Part shown: positions 37,355-48,273 of the stretch, one piece after another
How the letters are laid out: each line of letters starts with the position of its first letter
Position numbering within the stretch: position 1 is the stretch's first letter
Assembly: GCA_019113745.1 (NCBI GenBank)
Contig: DXGV01000031.1
Span: 5,776-69,775 of the forward strand
Source: Candidatus Blautia intestinavium
GTDB lineage: Bacteria > Bacillota > Clostridia > Lachnospirales > Lachnospiraceae
Reading direction: 5' to 3'
DNA: 64,000 nt
Notes under the pieces: generated by a model
Database searches by the model: none
What the model saw: the letters and a program-made list of their open reading frames with translations, nothing else
Told to the model about the DNA's origin: nothing
Made by a program: the position numbers and the translations under genes

Positions 37355-38773
37355 ATGTATAATCCGAAATCAACACATGCAACAGAATTCATCGACCACC
37401 AGGAAATTCTGGATACTCTGGAGTATGCCAGACAGAACAAAAATAATACAGAACTGATCGAGAGCCTGATCGAGCGGGCAAAAGACTGTAAAGGACTGAG
37501 CCACAGAGAGGCGGCTCTTCTGCTGGAATGTGACGATCCCCGTCTGGTAGAAAAAATGTACCACACAGCAAAAGAGATCAAACAGAAATTTTACGGCAAC
37601 CGTATCGTAATGTTTGCGCCTCTTTATCTGTCAAACTACTGCATCAACGGATGTGTATACTGTCCTTATCACGCAAAAAACAAGCACATCCGAAGAAAGA
37701 AACTGTCCCAGGAGGAAATCCGTCAGGAAGTGATCGCTCTCCAGGATATGGGACATAAGCGCCTTGCCCTGGAAACGGGGGAAGACCCCAAGAATAACCC
37801 GATCGAATATGTGCTGGAAAGCATTAAGACCATTTACGGAATCAAACATAAAAACGGCGCTATCCGCCGTGTCAACGTGAATATTGCCGCTACTACAGTA
37901 GAAAACTACCGGAAACTGAAAGAGGCGGGGATCGGCACCTATATTCTTTTCCAGGAGACCTACAATAAAGAAAGCTATGAAGCCCTTCATCCCACAGGCC
38001 CCAAAAGCGATTACGCATACCACACGGAAGCCATGGACCGGGCTATGGAAGCGGGGATCGACGACGTAGGCTGCGGCGTTCTTTTCGGACTGGAAACTTA
38101 TCGTTATGACTTTGTGGGAATTTTGATGCATGCGGAGCATCTGGAGGCAAGATTCGGCGTAGGTCCTCATACGATCAGCGTTCCCCGTGTCTGTCCCGCA
38201 GACGACATTGACACTGCGGATTTTGAAAACGCAGTGCCGGATGAGATCTTCCAGAAGATCGTTGCGGTGATCCGTATCGCGGTTCCCTATACAGGAATGA
38301 TCATCTCTACACGCGAATCCCAGAAATGCAGGGAAAAGGTGCTGGATCTTGGTATCTCTCAGATCAGCGGCGGCTCCAGGACTTCCGTAGGCGGTTACGT
38401 GGAGGAGGAGACGGTAGACGAAAACTCCGCCCAGTTTGATATCAGCGACAGAAGAACACTGGACCAGGTAGTAAGCTGGCTTCTTGACCTGGGATATATC
38501 CCAAGCTTCTGTACCGCATGCTACCGGGAAGGACGTACCGGCGACAGATTTATGTCCCTGGTAAAATCAGGCCAGATCGCCAACTGCTGTCATCCCAACG
38601 CTTTGATGACGCTGAAAGAATATCTGGAAGATTACGCCAGCCCTGAAACAAAAGAAAAGGGCAATAAAGTGATCGAAAGAGAGCTTCAGAATATCACAAG
38701 AGAAAAGACAAGAGAGATCTGCAGAAAGAATCTTATTGAAATCGAACATGGAAAACGGGATTTCCGGTTCTGA
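37355..38773 (+). CDS. hydG: [FeFe]-hydrogenase radical SAM maturase HydG
   Basis: 'CINGCVYC' plus C-terminal 'SFCTACYR...NCCHPN' second-cluster motif. Confidence 0.93.
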   Translation: MYNPKSTHATEFIDHQEILDTLEYARQNKNNTELIESLIERAKDCKGLSHREAALLLECDDPRLVEKMYHTAKEIKQKFYGNRIVMFAPLYLSNYCINGCVYCPYHAKNKHIRRKKLSQEEIRQEVIALQDMGHKRLALETGEDPKNNPIEYVLESIKTIYGIKHKNGAIRRVNVNIAATTVENYRKLKEAGIGTYILFQETYNKESYEALHPTGPKSDYAYHTEAMDRAMEAGIDDVGCGVLFGLETYRYDFVGILMHAEHLEARFGVGPHTISVPRVCPADDIDTADFENAVPDEIFQKIVAVIRIAVPYTGMIISTRESQKCREKVLDLGISQISGGSRTSVGGYVEEETVDENSAQFDISDRRTLDQVVSWLLDLGYIPSFCTACYREGRTGDRFMSLVKSGQIANCCHPNALMTLKEYLEDYASPETKEKGNKVIERELQNITREKTREICRKNLIEIEHGKRDFRF

Positions 38774-38875
38774 TCTTCCTCTCACGCGCAGGCCGGGCTT
38801 TTTCTGAAAAAAGTCTTGCATAAAGCACCCGGAATGGGGTATAGTGTTGATATGCTATAAAGGAGGAAGATTCTT

Positions 38876-39367
38876 ATGAAGAAATCCAGATTGTTGATCT
38901 TACTGGCAGGGCTTTCCATATTTGCGTCGGGCTGCGGCTTCAGCACCGGCGGGGAAGATTCCACCGTAACCGTAATACACGCAACGCCAACCCCCACACC
39001 TGCGCCTACTCCGGCGGTTACGCCGACCCCGGCGGCAACGCCTACTCCGGCGCCGGTTGTTTCACCTACCGCACTTGGCGTAAATATTGTAAAGCAGGAC
39101 GCTACATATTATGCCACAACAGACGTGAACCTCCGTACAGACTGCAGTACGGATAATACGGCGGCTCCGGTCATCCAGGGCGTTCCGGCAGGCACACAGC
39201 TTACCAGTACGGGAGTCAGCGAGGACGGTCAGTGGGTTGAGGTCAACTATAACGGAACTGTCTGCTACGCGTCCGCGCAGTATGTATCCACTACGGCTCC
39301 TGCAGGCGCTGCTGCAGGTACAGCAGATGCGGCTGCCGCGACAACAGACACCGCTGCAGCACAGTAA
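38876..39367 (+). CDS. Lipoprotein with Pro/Thr/Ala linker and SH3b domain
   Basis: Lipobox 'FASGC', TPTP/APTP repeats, 'VNLR..WVEVNYNG..YASAQYV'. Confidence 0.75.
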   Translation: MKKSRLLILLAGLSIFASGCGFSTGGEDSTVTVIHATPTPTPAPTPAVTPTPAATPTPAPVVSPTALGVNIVKQDATYYATTDVNLRTDCSTDNTAAPVIQGVPAGTQLTSTGVSEDGQWVEVNYNGTVCYASAQYVSTTAPAGAAAGTADAAAATTDTAAAQ

Positions 39368-39369
39368 AG

Positions 39370-39430
39370 AACAGGCCGGAAATCATCGGTTTCATTTCCC
39401 GGAAGGGAGGTCAGATGATTTCCGGCCTGT
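39370..39430. terminator. Bidirectional terminator
   Basis: ACAGGCCGGAAATCATC / GATGATTTTCCGGCCTGT inverted repeat between convergent genes. Confidence 0.7.
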
Positions 39431-39441
39431 ATTATGTCTGT

Positions 39442-39921
39442 TTATTCCGGATAGACAAGTCTGTCCGGTTTGATATCGTAAAGAACATTCTTTAAATATC
39501 TATCGGCCAGATATTTTGCCATTCCAAGATTCATATCCAGATAATTACCGCAGTCTTTTGGAGAAGCTCCCGGAATTTCCCCTTCGTAATCCCGGATGAA
39601 TTCAAACATTTCCGTCATCAGACCGACAATATCTTTTGATTCGTAGTCTCCTGCCAGAAGAAGATAGTTTCCTGTCCTGCATCCCATAGGTCCCCAGTAG
39701 ATGACTTTAGGGCCGAATTCCTTATGATTCCGGAGAAAAGTCGCAGCCAGATGTTCAATAGCGTGAAGTTCTGCTGTATTCATTACAGGCTCTTCGTTGG
39801 GAGATGTCATACGGATATCAAAAGTAGTGATGACCTGATCGCCAAGATAATCTTTTCTGGAAACGTAGATTCCGGGCTGAAGCTTAATATGGTCTATAGT
39901 AAAGCTGGCGATTTTTTTCAT
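39442..39921 (-). CDS. luxS: S-ribosylhomocysteine lyase
   Basis: 'SFTIDH', 'HAIEH', 'GPMGCRTG', 'CGNY'. Confidence 0.95.
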   Translation of the reverse strand: MKKIASFTIDHIKLQPGIYVSRKDYLGDQVITTFDIRMTSPNEEPVMNTAELHAIEHLAATFLRNHKEFGPKVIYWGPMGCRTGNYLLLAGDYESKDIVGLMTEMFEFIRDYEGEIPGASPKDCGNYLDMNLGMAKYLADRYLKNVLYDIKPDRLVYPE

Positions 39922-40116
39922 GTGATTTTTCCTCCTTAAAAAAACTTTTCATCTGTATTCTACCAAAGTCAGACCCAGGTGACAAGTAATTGACTTTATT
40001 TCAGCAGAATGTTACACTGTTAGAAGTCCGGAAGGCAGAAAGAAAATGCAACGACAGAGTACGGACAGAGAAGCTACTGGCAATATGATACACAGGAAAG
40101 ATTATGGAGGACGATC

Positions 40117-41121
40117 ATGATAGATGGAAAAAAAGTACTGTTCAGCGGTATGCAGGCGACGGGAAACCTTACACTTGGAAATTACCTGGGAGCGCTGAAG
40201 AACTGGCTGACGTTAAGTGATGAATATGAATGTTTTTACAGTGTGGTGGATCTTCATTCCATTACTGTCCGTCAGAATCCGGCGGAGCTGAGAAAACGGG
40301 CGAGAAGCCTTCTGACCCTTTATATCGCGGCAGGACTTGATCCGAAGAAAAACTGCATTTATTATCAGTCCCATGTCTCCGGCCACGCGGAGCTTTCATG
40401 GATTTTAAGCTGCTTTACCTATATGGGCGAGCTGAACCGTATGACGCAGTTTAAGGATAAAGCGGCAAAACACGCGGATAATATCAACGCCGGCCTGTTT
40501 ACCTATCCGGTACTGATGGCGGCGGATATCCTTCTGTACCAGGCGGATGTGGTTCCCGTAGGCGTGGATCAGATGCAGCACCTGGAGCTGACAAGAAATA
40601 TAGCGGAACGCTTCAATAATATTTACGGAGATGTCTTTACTGTGCCGGAGGCTTATGTGGGCAAGGTAGGAGCAAAGATCATGAGTCTTCAGGATCCTTC
40701 CAGGAAAATGTCAAAATCAGATGAAAATCCCAATGCCAGCATCTACCTGATGGACGATCCGGATACGATCATGCGCAAATTCAAGCGCGCGGTTACAGAT
40801 TCCGAGGGATGCATCCGTTACAGCGACCAGCAGCCGGGAATCAAGAACCTTCTGGATATCTACTGTGCCTGCACAGGAAAAACGCCTCAGGAGGCGGTAA
40901 AGGAATTTGAAGGAAAAGGATACGGCGAGCTGAAGCCGGCAGTAGGAGAGGCTGTTATTTCTGTATTGAGACCTCTTCAGGAAGAGATGAAAAGGCTGTC
41001 GGGAGACAAGGCGTATATTGACTCTGTGATCAAAGAAAATGCGGAAAAAGCGAATTATTATGCAATGAAGACGCTGCGCAAGGTACAGCGAAAAGTCGGT
41101 TTTCCGGACAGGATCCGGTAA
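40117..41121 (+). CDS. trpS: Tryptophan--tRNA ligase
   Basis: 'TLGNYLG' (HIGH-like), 'YPVLMAADIL', 'KMSKS'. Confidence 0.96.
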   Translation: MIDGKKVLFSGMQATGNLTLGNYLGALKNWLTLSDEYECFYSVVDLHSITVRQNPAELRKRARSLLTLYIAAGLDPKKNCIYYQSHVSGHAELSWILSCFTYMGELNRMTQFKDKAAKHADNINAGLFTYPVLMAADILLYQADVVPVGVDQMQHLELTRNIAERFNNIYGDVFTVPEAYVGKVGAKIMSLQDPSRKMSKSDENPNASIYLMDDPDTIMRKFKRAVTDSEGCIRYSDQQPGIKNLLDIYCACTGKTPQEAVKEFEGKGYGELKPAVGEAVISVLRPLQEEMKRLSGDKAYIDSVIKENAEKANYYAMKTLRKVQRKVGFPDRIR

Positions 41122-41148
41122 AGCGGTAAGAAATAAGGAGGAACAGCA

Positions 41149-41868
41149 ATGAAATACAGGATATTTGCGGCGGCCTGCGCATTGATGATGGCAGCAGGTA
41201 TGCTTACAGGATGCGGGAACAGCGGCGGTACGGCAGAAAAGGAAAGCAGTTCATCTTCTTCCGGAGAGGTAGCCAGTGAAGAAGAGGCGGAAGCGGCAGG
41301 CTTCAGCGACGGGACAGATGAAGAGGGAACTGTTTCCGGAGAAACTGTCCTGGATACAAGCCAGGAGCTGACGGGGCTTCATCACGCAGAGATCAATATT
41401 GAAGATTACGGCACCATTGACCTGGAGCTTGACGCGGATACGGCGCCCATTACTGTGACAAACTTTGTGAAGCTGGCGCAGGACGGCTTCTATGACGGAC
41501 TTACTTTCTGGCGGATCATGGACGGATTTATGATCCAGGGAGGAGACCCTAACGGAGACGGAACCGGAGGAGCGGACGAGAATATTAAGGGAGAGTTTGC
41601 GAACAACGGAGTGGAAAATGATATTTCCCATACAAGAGGTACCGTTTCCATGGCAAGAGCGGCAGATCCGGACAGCGGAAGCTCCCAGTTTTTCATTGTT
41701 CAGGCGGACAGCACTTTCCTGGACGGAGACTATGCGGCTTTCGGCCATGTGACAGATGGAATGGACGTTGTGGACAAAATCTGCAAGGACGCCAAGCCTA
41801 CCGACAATAACGGCACCATTGAAAAAGACGAACAGCCGGTGATTGAAAGTATTAAGATCATAGACTGA
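41149..41868 (+). CDS. Lipoprotein cyclophilin-type peptidylprolyl isomerase
   Basis: Lipobox 'LTGC'; 'APITVTNF', 'FMIQGGDP', 'SQFFI', 'YAAFG'. Confidence 0.9.
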   Translation: MKYRIFAAACALMMAAGMLTGCGNSGGTAEKESSSSSSGEVASEEEAEAAGFSDGTDEEGTVSGETVLDTSQELTGLHHAEINIEDYGTIDLELDADTAPITVTNFVKLAQDGFYDGLTFWRIMDGFMIQGGDPNGDGTGGADENIKGEFANNGVENDISHTRGTVSMARAADPDSGSSQFFIVQADSTFLDGDYAAFGHVTDGMDVVDKICKDAKPTDNNGTIEKDEQPVIESIKIID

Positions 41869-41884
41869 AAAAAGGAATAGATAC

Positions 41885-41926
41885 AGCGGGACAGGAATCC
41901 TCTGAAAAGGGGCTGTCCCGCTTTTT
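41885..41926. terminator. Rho-independent terminator
   Basis: AGCGGGACAG / CTGTCCCGCT stem plus T-run. Confidence 0.75.
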
Positions 41927-41978
41927 AGTTCATAGGAAACATACGGCTGAATATGGCAGGCTGCATCTGTGAAAAGGC

Positions 41979-42542
41979 TTAGAGACGGACGATCAGTACA
42001 GGAATGGGAGGATTGTTGGGACGGTTATAATAATCGCTGCGGATCACGAGATATTTTCCGGGATCCAGCCCGGACAGCCAGGAAAGTACAGCCTCCTTTT
42101 CCTCAAATCCGGAATCGCCTCCGCTGTAAATACAAAGAGAGATCAGCCCTCCGTTTTTAAGAAGAGAAAGGCTCTCTTTAAGCGCCAAAATCGTGGTTCC
42201 GGACTTCGTGGCCATGGAATGATCTCCTCCCGGAAGATAACCCAGGTTAAAAACAATGCAGCTTACGGATCCAGGCGGGGCGTAGCGGGAAATCCTTTCA
42301 TGGGAGTCGAGAAGCAGGGTATAGTTTTTGGGAGCGTCTGCCTCCTGAAGCCGTTTTTCCGTAAGACGGAGGGCTTCTTCCTGAATATCAAAGGCCAGAA
42401 CTCTGCCGGAAGGCCCTGCGAGCATACTCAGAAGCAACGTATCGTTTCCTTTTCCCATAGTGGCGTCAATACAAAAATCTCCCGGCTGAACCTGTTCGCG
42501 GATAAAGCGGGCACACCACTGGGTAATCTGATAATTTTTCAT
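41979..42542 (-). CDS. mnmM: SAM-dependent methyltransferase, YtqB/MnmM-like
   Basis: 'IDATMGKGNDT', 'AFDIQ', 'FNLGYLPGGD', 'NNPP'. Confidence 0.8.
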   Translation of the reverse strand: MKNYQITQWCARFIREQVQPGDFCIDATMGKGNDTLLLSMLAGPSGRVLAFDIQEEALRLTEKRLQEADAPKNYTLLLDSHERISRYAPPGSVSCIVFNLGYLPGGDHSMATKSGTTILALKESLSLLKNGGLISLCIYSGGDSGFEEKEAVLSWLSGLDPGKYLVIRSDYYNRPNNPPIPVLIVRL

Positions 42543-42776
42543 GTGATTTTCCTTTCCTGCCTTACGGCAGCGCCGGTACAATGAAATTTAAGGCGTACAG
42601 ACGCGGTTGTTACAGAAAACAAAAAGGTGTATAAAAATACAAACAGATGAAAAATGCATTGCATTTGTTTCCTATGCTGATTATAATATAACAGACATAA
42701 TTGGTACAGGGAAAATTCAGAAAAAGGTATGAAAAATCCGGAACGGAAACAGACAATGAAAGGGAGGATGGAAGAA

Positions 42777-43982
42777 ATGTTAAAAGGAAAGACGGTTCTT
42801 CTGGCAGTCACCGGAAGTATTGCGGCATATAAGATCGCATATCTTGCCAGCGTGCTGAAGAAGCTTCACGCGCAGGTACATGTGCTGATGACAGCAAACG
42901 CCACGAATTTCATCAATCCCATTACCTTTGAAACACTTACGGGGAATAAGTGTCTGGTGGATACTTTTGACCGGAATTTTCAGTTTCAGGTGGAGCATGT
43001 ATCGATCGCAAAGCAGGCGGACGTGGCGATGATTGCTCCGGCCAGCGCCAATGTGATCGGAAAGCTGGCTCACGGCATCGCCGACGACATGCTGACTACT
43101 ACCGTCATGGCATGTAAATGTAAAAAGATTATTTCCCCTGCCATGAATACGAATATGTATGAAAATCCTGTTGTCCAGGATAATCTTAAGATTCTGGAGC
43201 ATTACGGTTATCAGGTGATCGCGCCGGCCAGCGGATATCTGGCCTGCGGCGATACAGGAGCCGGAAAAATGCCGGAGCCGGAAACACTGCTTTCGTATAT
43301 CCTGAAAGAGATTGCTATGGAAAAGGATCTGGAGGGACGGAAGATCCTGGTGACGGCAGGACCCACCCAGGAAGCTATCGATCCGGTCCGTTATATCACA
43401 AACCACTCTTCCGGAAAGATGGGCTATGCCATTGCAAGACAGGCAATGCTCCGGGGAGCGCAGGTAACGCTTGTCAGCGGCCCCTGTTCCATTACTCCGC
43501 CTCCTTTTGTGAAAGTGGTTCCTGTGGTAACGGCGAAAGAGATGTTTCAGGTCGTAACTTCCGTAAGCGGAGAACAGGATATTATTATCAAAGCTGCGGC
43601 AGTGGCGGATTATCGTCCGTCCAGAGTAGCGGAAGAAAAGGTAAAGAAGCAGGATGGAAACATGTCCATTGAGCTGGAAAAGACGGACGATATTCTTCAG
43701 TATCTTGGAGAACACCGCCGCCCGGACCAGTTCTTATGTGGATTTTCCATGGAAACACAGAATATGATCGGTAATTCCAGGGTCAAGCTTGAAAAAAAGC
43801 ATCTGGACATGGTGGCGGCCAATAATCTTAAGGTCGCAGGCGCCGGATTCCAGGGCGATACAAATGTGCTGACCCTGATTACAGAGGATGAGGACGTATC
43901 ACTCGAGCTTATGAGCAAAGAGGATGCAGCCAATATCATCCTGGATAAAATTCTCTCCATGATGAAAGCGAGAGGAGTGTAA
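42777..43982 (+). CDS. coaBC: Phosphopantothenoylcysteine decarboxylase/ligase
   Basis: 'TGSIAAYK', 'PAMN', 'LACGD.G.GK', 'DPVRYITNHSSGKMG'. Confidence 0.96.
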   Translation: MLKGKTVLLAVTGSIAAYKIAYLASVLKKLHAQVHVLMTANATNFINPITFETLTGNKCLVDTFDRNFQFQVEHVSIAKQADVAMIAPASANVIGKLAHGIADDMLTTTVMACKCKKIISPAMNTNMYENPVVQDNLKILEHYGYQVIAPASGYLACGDTGAGKMPEPETLLSYILKEIAMEKDLEGRKILVTAGPTQEAIDPVRYITNHSSGKMGYAIARQAMLRGAQVTLVSGPCSITPPPFVKVVPVVTAKEMFQVVTSVSGEQDIIIKAAAVADYRPSRVAEEKVKKQDGNMSIELEKTDDILQYLGEHRRPDQFLCGFSMETQNMIGNSRVKLEKKHLDMVAANNLKVAGAGFQGDTNVLTLITEDEDVSLELMSKEDAANIILDKILSMMKARGV

Positions 43983-44070
43983 CCCGTTCACCAGGAAGCG
44001 GGTGATCATCCGCCCGCTGTTCCGCACCGTATTGTATCCCAAAAGGGAACGATAACAAGGAGGAATTCTC

Positions 44071-44721
44071 ATGGAAACAAACAAAAAAGACACTCGTTGG
44101 ATGGTCAGTGTTGCACTTATGGCTGCTATCGTCATTCTTCTGGCGAACACTCCGCTGGGAATGATCCAGCTCCCGATCATTAAGGCGACAACTGTACATA
44201 TTCCGGTAATCGTAGGAGCTATTCTTTTAGGCCCCTCTGCCGGAGTAATTCTCGGAGCAGTTTTCGGCGTATGCTCTCTGATCAGTAATACAATGGCGCC
44301 TACGCTTTTATCCTTTGCGTTTTCGCCTTTTTTAAGCACTACCGGACTGGCCGGAGTTCTGAAGGCTGTCTGGATCTCGGTGGGATGCCGTATCCTGATC
44401 GGTCTGATTTCCGGATGGCTGTGGATCCTGTTCAGAAGGATAAAGATGAATACATATTTATCACTTGTCATTACAGGATTTATCGGCTCTATGGTCAATA
44501 CTGTTTTTGTAATGGGGAGCATTTATTTTTTGTTTGCCCAGGAGTACGCCAGAGCTCAGGAAGTTGCCGTTACGGCGGTTTTCGGCCTGATCATGGGAAC
44601 TGTTACGGCGTCCGGCATTCCGGAAGCGGTTGCTGCGGCGGTGCTGGTGACAGCTCTTGGAAAAGCACTTTTGAAAGTATTTCAGGCCACTTGGAAGCGG
44701 CCGGCAAAACAGGCGGTATAA
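44071..44721 (+). CDS. panT: ECF transporter S component, probable pantothenate (PanT)
   Basis: 'TPLGMI', 'ATTVHIPVIVG', hydrophobic; flanked by coaBC and coaX. Confidence 0.75.
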   Translation: METNKKDTRWMVSVALMAAIVILLANTPLGMIQLPIIKATTVHIPVIVGAILLGPSAGVILGAVFGVCSLISNTMAPTLLSFAFSPFLSTTGLAGVLKAVWISVGCRILIGLISGWLWILFRRIKMNTYLSLVITGFIGSMVNTVFVMGSIYFLFAQEYARAQEVAVTAVFGLIMGTVTASGIPEAVAAAVLVTALGKALLKVFQATWKRPAKQAV

Positions 44722-44724
44722 TAT

Positions 44725-45489
44725 ATGATTTTAGCTATTGACATCGGAAACACGAATATTGTAGTTGGATGTATCGACAAAGAAAAAATTTATTTTATAG
44801 AAAGACTTTCCACTGTCCGTACCAAAACGGAACTGGAATATGCCATTGATCTGAAAACGGTTCTGGATATTTATCATATCAGGCGTACAGATATCGAGGG
44901 CTGTATTATTTCTTCTGTGGTTCCTCAGATCACCAATGTGGCCAAACTGGCTGCGGAAAAGATCCTAAAAAAAGAAGTTCTGGTTCTGGGACCGGGAGTT
45001 AAAACCGGGCTGAACATCATGCTGGATAATCCGGGAGAGATGGGAGCGGACCGGGTGGCGGACGCTGTGGCGGCGCTGACCTATTATCCGGTGCCTCTGG
45101 TGATCGTAGATATGGGAACTGCCACTACAGTGTCCGTGGTGGATGAGAAAAAGCGCTATCTGGGAGGTATGATCCTGCCGGGTGTGAGGGTGTCTCTGGA
45201 CGCACTGACTTCCAGAGCATCTCAGTTAAGCGGGATCAGTATTGAAGAACCGAAGAAATTCATCGGAAAAAACACAGTGGACTGTATGAAGAGCGGGATT
45301 CTTTACGGTAACGCCGCCGCGGTAGACGGGATCATCGACCGGATCGAAGAAGAGCTTGGAAAAAAGGTTACGGCGATCGCCACCGGCGGGATGTCGGGAA
45401 AGATCATTCCGCACTGCAAACGAAAGATTATTCAGGATGAAGATCTTCTTCTGAAAGGGCTTTTGATCATTTACGAAAAAAATAAATAA
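44725..45489 (+). CDS. coaX: Type III pantothenate kinase
   Basis: 'AIDIGNTN', 'SSVVP', 'GADR', 'DMGTATT', 'ATGG'. Confidence 0.95.
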   Translation: MILAIDIGNTNIVVGCIDKEKIYFIERLSTVRTKTELEYAIDLKTVLDIYHIRRTDIEGCIISSVVPQITNVAKLAAEKILKKEVLVLGPGVKTGLNIMLDNPGEMGADRVADAVAALTYYPVPLVIVDMGTATTVSVVDEKKRYLGGMILPGVRVSLDALTSRASQLSGISIEEPKKFIGKNTVDCMKSGILYGNAAAVDGIIDRIEEELGKKVTAIATGGMSGKIIPHCKRKIIQDEDLLLKGLLIIYEKNK

Positions 45490-45500
45490 GATAAGAACAG

Positions 45501-45560
45501 AAAACAGCCGCCTTCCTTCATATCCGGTTCATCGCCGGAGCCTGGAGGAGCGGCTGTTTT
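45501..45560. terminator. Bidirectional terminator
   Basis: AAAACAGCCGC / GCGGCTGTTTT inverted repeat. Confidence 0.65.
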
Positions 45561-46440
45561 AAAATTTTTCTGCAATGTCGGCAGGAACAGGTGCCGTAAT
45601 GCAGAGAGACTCGCCTGTTACGGGGCGGGTGAATACAAGCTGGAAGGAGTGCAGCGGCTGGCGGCTGAACCGGGAATAATCCGGACAGTAGAGATAATCC
45701 GCCGGCAGAGGATAGCCCAGATATCCCATATGAACCCGGATCTGATGAGTGCGGCCTGTTTCCAGATGAATTTCCAGAAGAGAGTGATCATGGCTGACAG
45801 CAAGCCGCTCAAAATGTGTAACAGCAGGATCTCCTTCTGCAAAATCCACCTGACGCTTGATCACAGAAGAGGAGACGCGGCTTATGGGAGCGGAGACGGT
45901 TCCTTTTTCCGGCGCGATTCCTTTTACCACCGCCAGATAAGTTCGGCGGATCAGGCGGTTTTTCATCTGCGAGGAAAGAATGGAGGCGCTGAGAGCGTTT
46001 TTTGCCAGAATCAGAGCGCCGGAGGTATCCCTGTCCAGACGGTTGATGCAGCGGAAAGGGCAGTTGATTCCTTTTGCCTGAAAATAGGCGGAGACGCCGT
46101 TGGCAAGGGTGTTTTCGTAATTGCCGTAAGAAGGGTGAACGGGCATATCGGCAGGCTTATTGACAACAAGCATATCCTGGTCTTCATAGAGAATGGAAAG
46201 CCGCATGGGAACAGGGACAATGTTTTCTCCTGATTCTGTCTCCGGAACATGTATCCGGAGAAGATCCCCCTCCCTGAGAAGAGTACGCCCTCCGGCATGA
46301 AGCCCATTTAAAAGAATGGCGTCTTTATCTGTTTTCATGGCGCTTAAAATATGTCTGGAAAATCCGTTTCTCCGAAGATATTCTAAAACAGTGAGTCCTT
46401 CCTCCTGTTCACTGATCTGGTAAGTTACTGTACGGTCCAT
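45559..46440 (-). CDS. RluA family pseudouridine synthase
   Basis: 'VVNKP', 'NRLDRDTSG', 'TGRTHQIRVH'. Confidence 0.93.
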   Translation of the reverse strand: MDRTVTYQISEQEEGLTVLEYLRRNGFSRHILSAMKTDKDAILLNGLHAGGRTLLREGDLLRIHVPETESGENIVPVPMRLSILYEDQDMLVVNKPADMPVHPSYGNYENTLANGVSAYFQAKGINCPFRCINRLDRDTSGALILAKNALSASILSSQMKNRLIRRTYLAVVKGIAPEKGTVSAPISRVSSSVIKRQVDFAEGDPAVTHFERLAVSHDHSLLEIHLETGRTHQIRVHMGYLGYPLPADYLYCPDYSRFSRQPLHSFQLVFTRPVTGESLCITAPVPADIAEKF

Positions 46441-46827
46441 TGCAACTCCTGAGTGATGGCTTTGTTTGAATACCGGGACTTTTGCATCCGATATTTTGTT
46501 TATAGAATATCATAAAAAATATAGCGGAGCAATCCGGGGGATACAGCTTTTCGTCTTTTTAGCAGAGAAGAATTGCCTGTAAGAGATGAAAGGACTATAA
46601 TTGAAGAAAAAATTCAGGAAAAATATTTATGTCTGAAAACAGAAATTACAGAAAGGAAAATTTTTCCTAATATAATATTGTAGGGCATTATTCTGGGGAA
46701 AGTCTGCCTTGGGGAACAGAAGATTTTCCTTCCAGATCTAAAAAACAGAAGAAAAGGTCTGTCCGGTTCCGGGGAGAAGGCCGGAATAATCACACAGACA
46801 GAGAATACAATAAATCAGGGGAAAAAT

Positions 46828-48270
46828 ATGAAGAAAAAATTAAGGTTAAGCAGGAAAACACAGAAGATTATTTTAGGAATATGCATTGCGGCTATGGTGC
46901 TTCTCGGCGCAGGTCTGTTTGTGTACATACAAATCTCGGATAACGGTACTCTGGGCAGGGGGATCTCCATATACGGCCTTGATGTGTCGAAGCTTAATGC
47001 GGAGGAAGCGGAGCAGAAGATCCTCCGTACTTTTCTGGACAGGGAGGTTGTTTTCCAGGAAGACGGAGAGGAGGTATTCCGTACAACTCTTAAAGATCTT
47101 GGATATTCTCTTGATGAAGAAATATTGAAGAACAGTCTGCAGAAGCTTCAGGTAAAAAGAGCTTCCAACCGCAGGATCTTTGCAGTAAAAGAAGACTATG
47201 AGATCATGTATCAGGTAACAAAAAACGAAACTCAGGAGAAGCATATTCTTAATGCCGACAATTTCGGCGGGAAGGAGAGAAGCGCCTCTAAAGACGCCTA
47301 TATCTCCTATGATGAAGGAAAACAGGAATTTGTTCTGGTAAAAGAAGTGCAGGGAAACCAGATTGACGAGGCGCGGCTTCTTACCTGTGTGGATCAGACG
47401 CTGGACAATGCGATCCGGCAGGAACCGCTGGGAGGACAGGTGGATATCACAATAGGAACGGAAGTATACCAGCAGCCCGTGACGGCAGAGTCCCAGGATA
47501 TGCAGGCAAAGCTTACCAGTCTGAACCAGCAGCTTTCCAACTACAGAAACGCTTCGGTCACTTATACCTTCGGAGAAACTACAGAGGTTCTTGGATCAGA
47601 TGTGATCAGTTCCTGGATCAAGGTTGAGGGGGAAACGATCAGTATTGATCAGGCGGCGGCAGAAGAGTATGTGTCAAACCTGGCAGCGACCTATAATACA
47701 ATTTATGTGCCAAGGACTTTCCATACCTCGTATGGGAATGATGTGACGGTATCCAGTAATGAATATGGGTTCCAGATCGACCAGGAGGCGGAGCTGGCGC
47801 AGCTTCTTAAAGATATCCAGAGCGGGAAGCCGGTTACCCGGGATCCCATTTACAGCATCAGCGGAATGAAGAGGAACGGTAAGGACGATCTTGCAGGCAG
47901 TTATATTGAAGTGAGCCTTGACAACCAGCATCTGTGGCTGTATAAAGACGGCGCGCTTATTACGGAAACAGATATTGTCAGCGGCGCGCCCACTCCGGAG
48001 CGGGAGACCTACAGAGGCGCCTGGCCCATTGCCTATAAGGCAAGTCCCTATACGCTGACCAGCGACGTATACGGATATACGACGCATGTGACATACTGGA
48101 TGCCCTTTGTGTACGGGCAGGGACTTCATGACGCCACCTGGCAGTCCTCTTTCGGAGGAAACCGGTATAAGTCAGGGGCGGGCAGCCACGGCTGCATCAA
48201 TCTTCCAAAAGATCAGGCAGCCGTGATCTACAACACTATTGACGGCGGATATCCGATTATTATTTATTAA
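46828..48270 (+). CDS. Membrane-anchored L,D-transpeptidase with peptidoglycan-binding domains
   Basis: N-terminal TM; YkuD 'GLHDA...SHGCINL'. Confidence 0.9.
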   Translation: MKKKLRLSRKTQKIILGICIAAMVLLGAGLFVYIQISDNGTLGRGISIYGLDVSKLNAEEAEQKILRTFLDREVVFQEDGEEVFRTTLKDLGYSLDEEILKNSLQKLQVKRASNRRIFAVKEDYEIMYQVTKNETQEKHILNADNFGGKERSASKDAYISYDEGKQEFVLVKEVQGNQIDEARLLTCVDQTLDNAIRQEPLGGQVDITIGTEVYQQPVTAESQDMQAKLTSLNQQLSNYRNASVTYTFGETTEVLGSDVISSWIKVEGETISIDQAAAEEYVSNLAATYNTIYVPRTFHTSYGNDVTVSSNEYGFQIDQEAELAQLLKDIQSGKPVTRDPIYSISGMKRNGKDDLAGSYIEVSLDNQHLWLYKDGALITETDIVSGAPTPERETYRGAWPIAYKASPYTLTSDVYGYTTHVTYWMPFVYGQGLHDATWQSSFGGNRYKSGAGSHGCINLPKDQAAVIYNTIDGGYPIIIY

Positions 48271-48273
48271 TAT

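Noticed and set aside
38985-39070. DNA tandem repeat in the SH3 lipoprotein gene
   Set aside because: Ordinary Pro/Thr/Ala linker with degenerate codons.
39960-40116. T-box upstream of trpS
   Set aside because: Leader after the TTGACT-17-TACACT promoter is under 100 nt, with no GGTGGNACCGCG T-box or terminator.
46500-46827. c-di-AMP (ydaO) riboswitch before the L,D-transpeptidase
   Set aside because: Only fragments (CGGGGGA, TTGGGG) and generic hairpins; the conserved core order is not recognisable.
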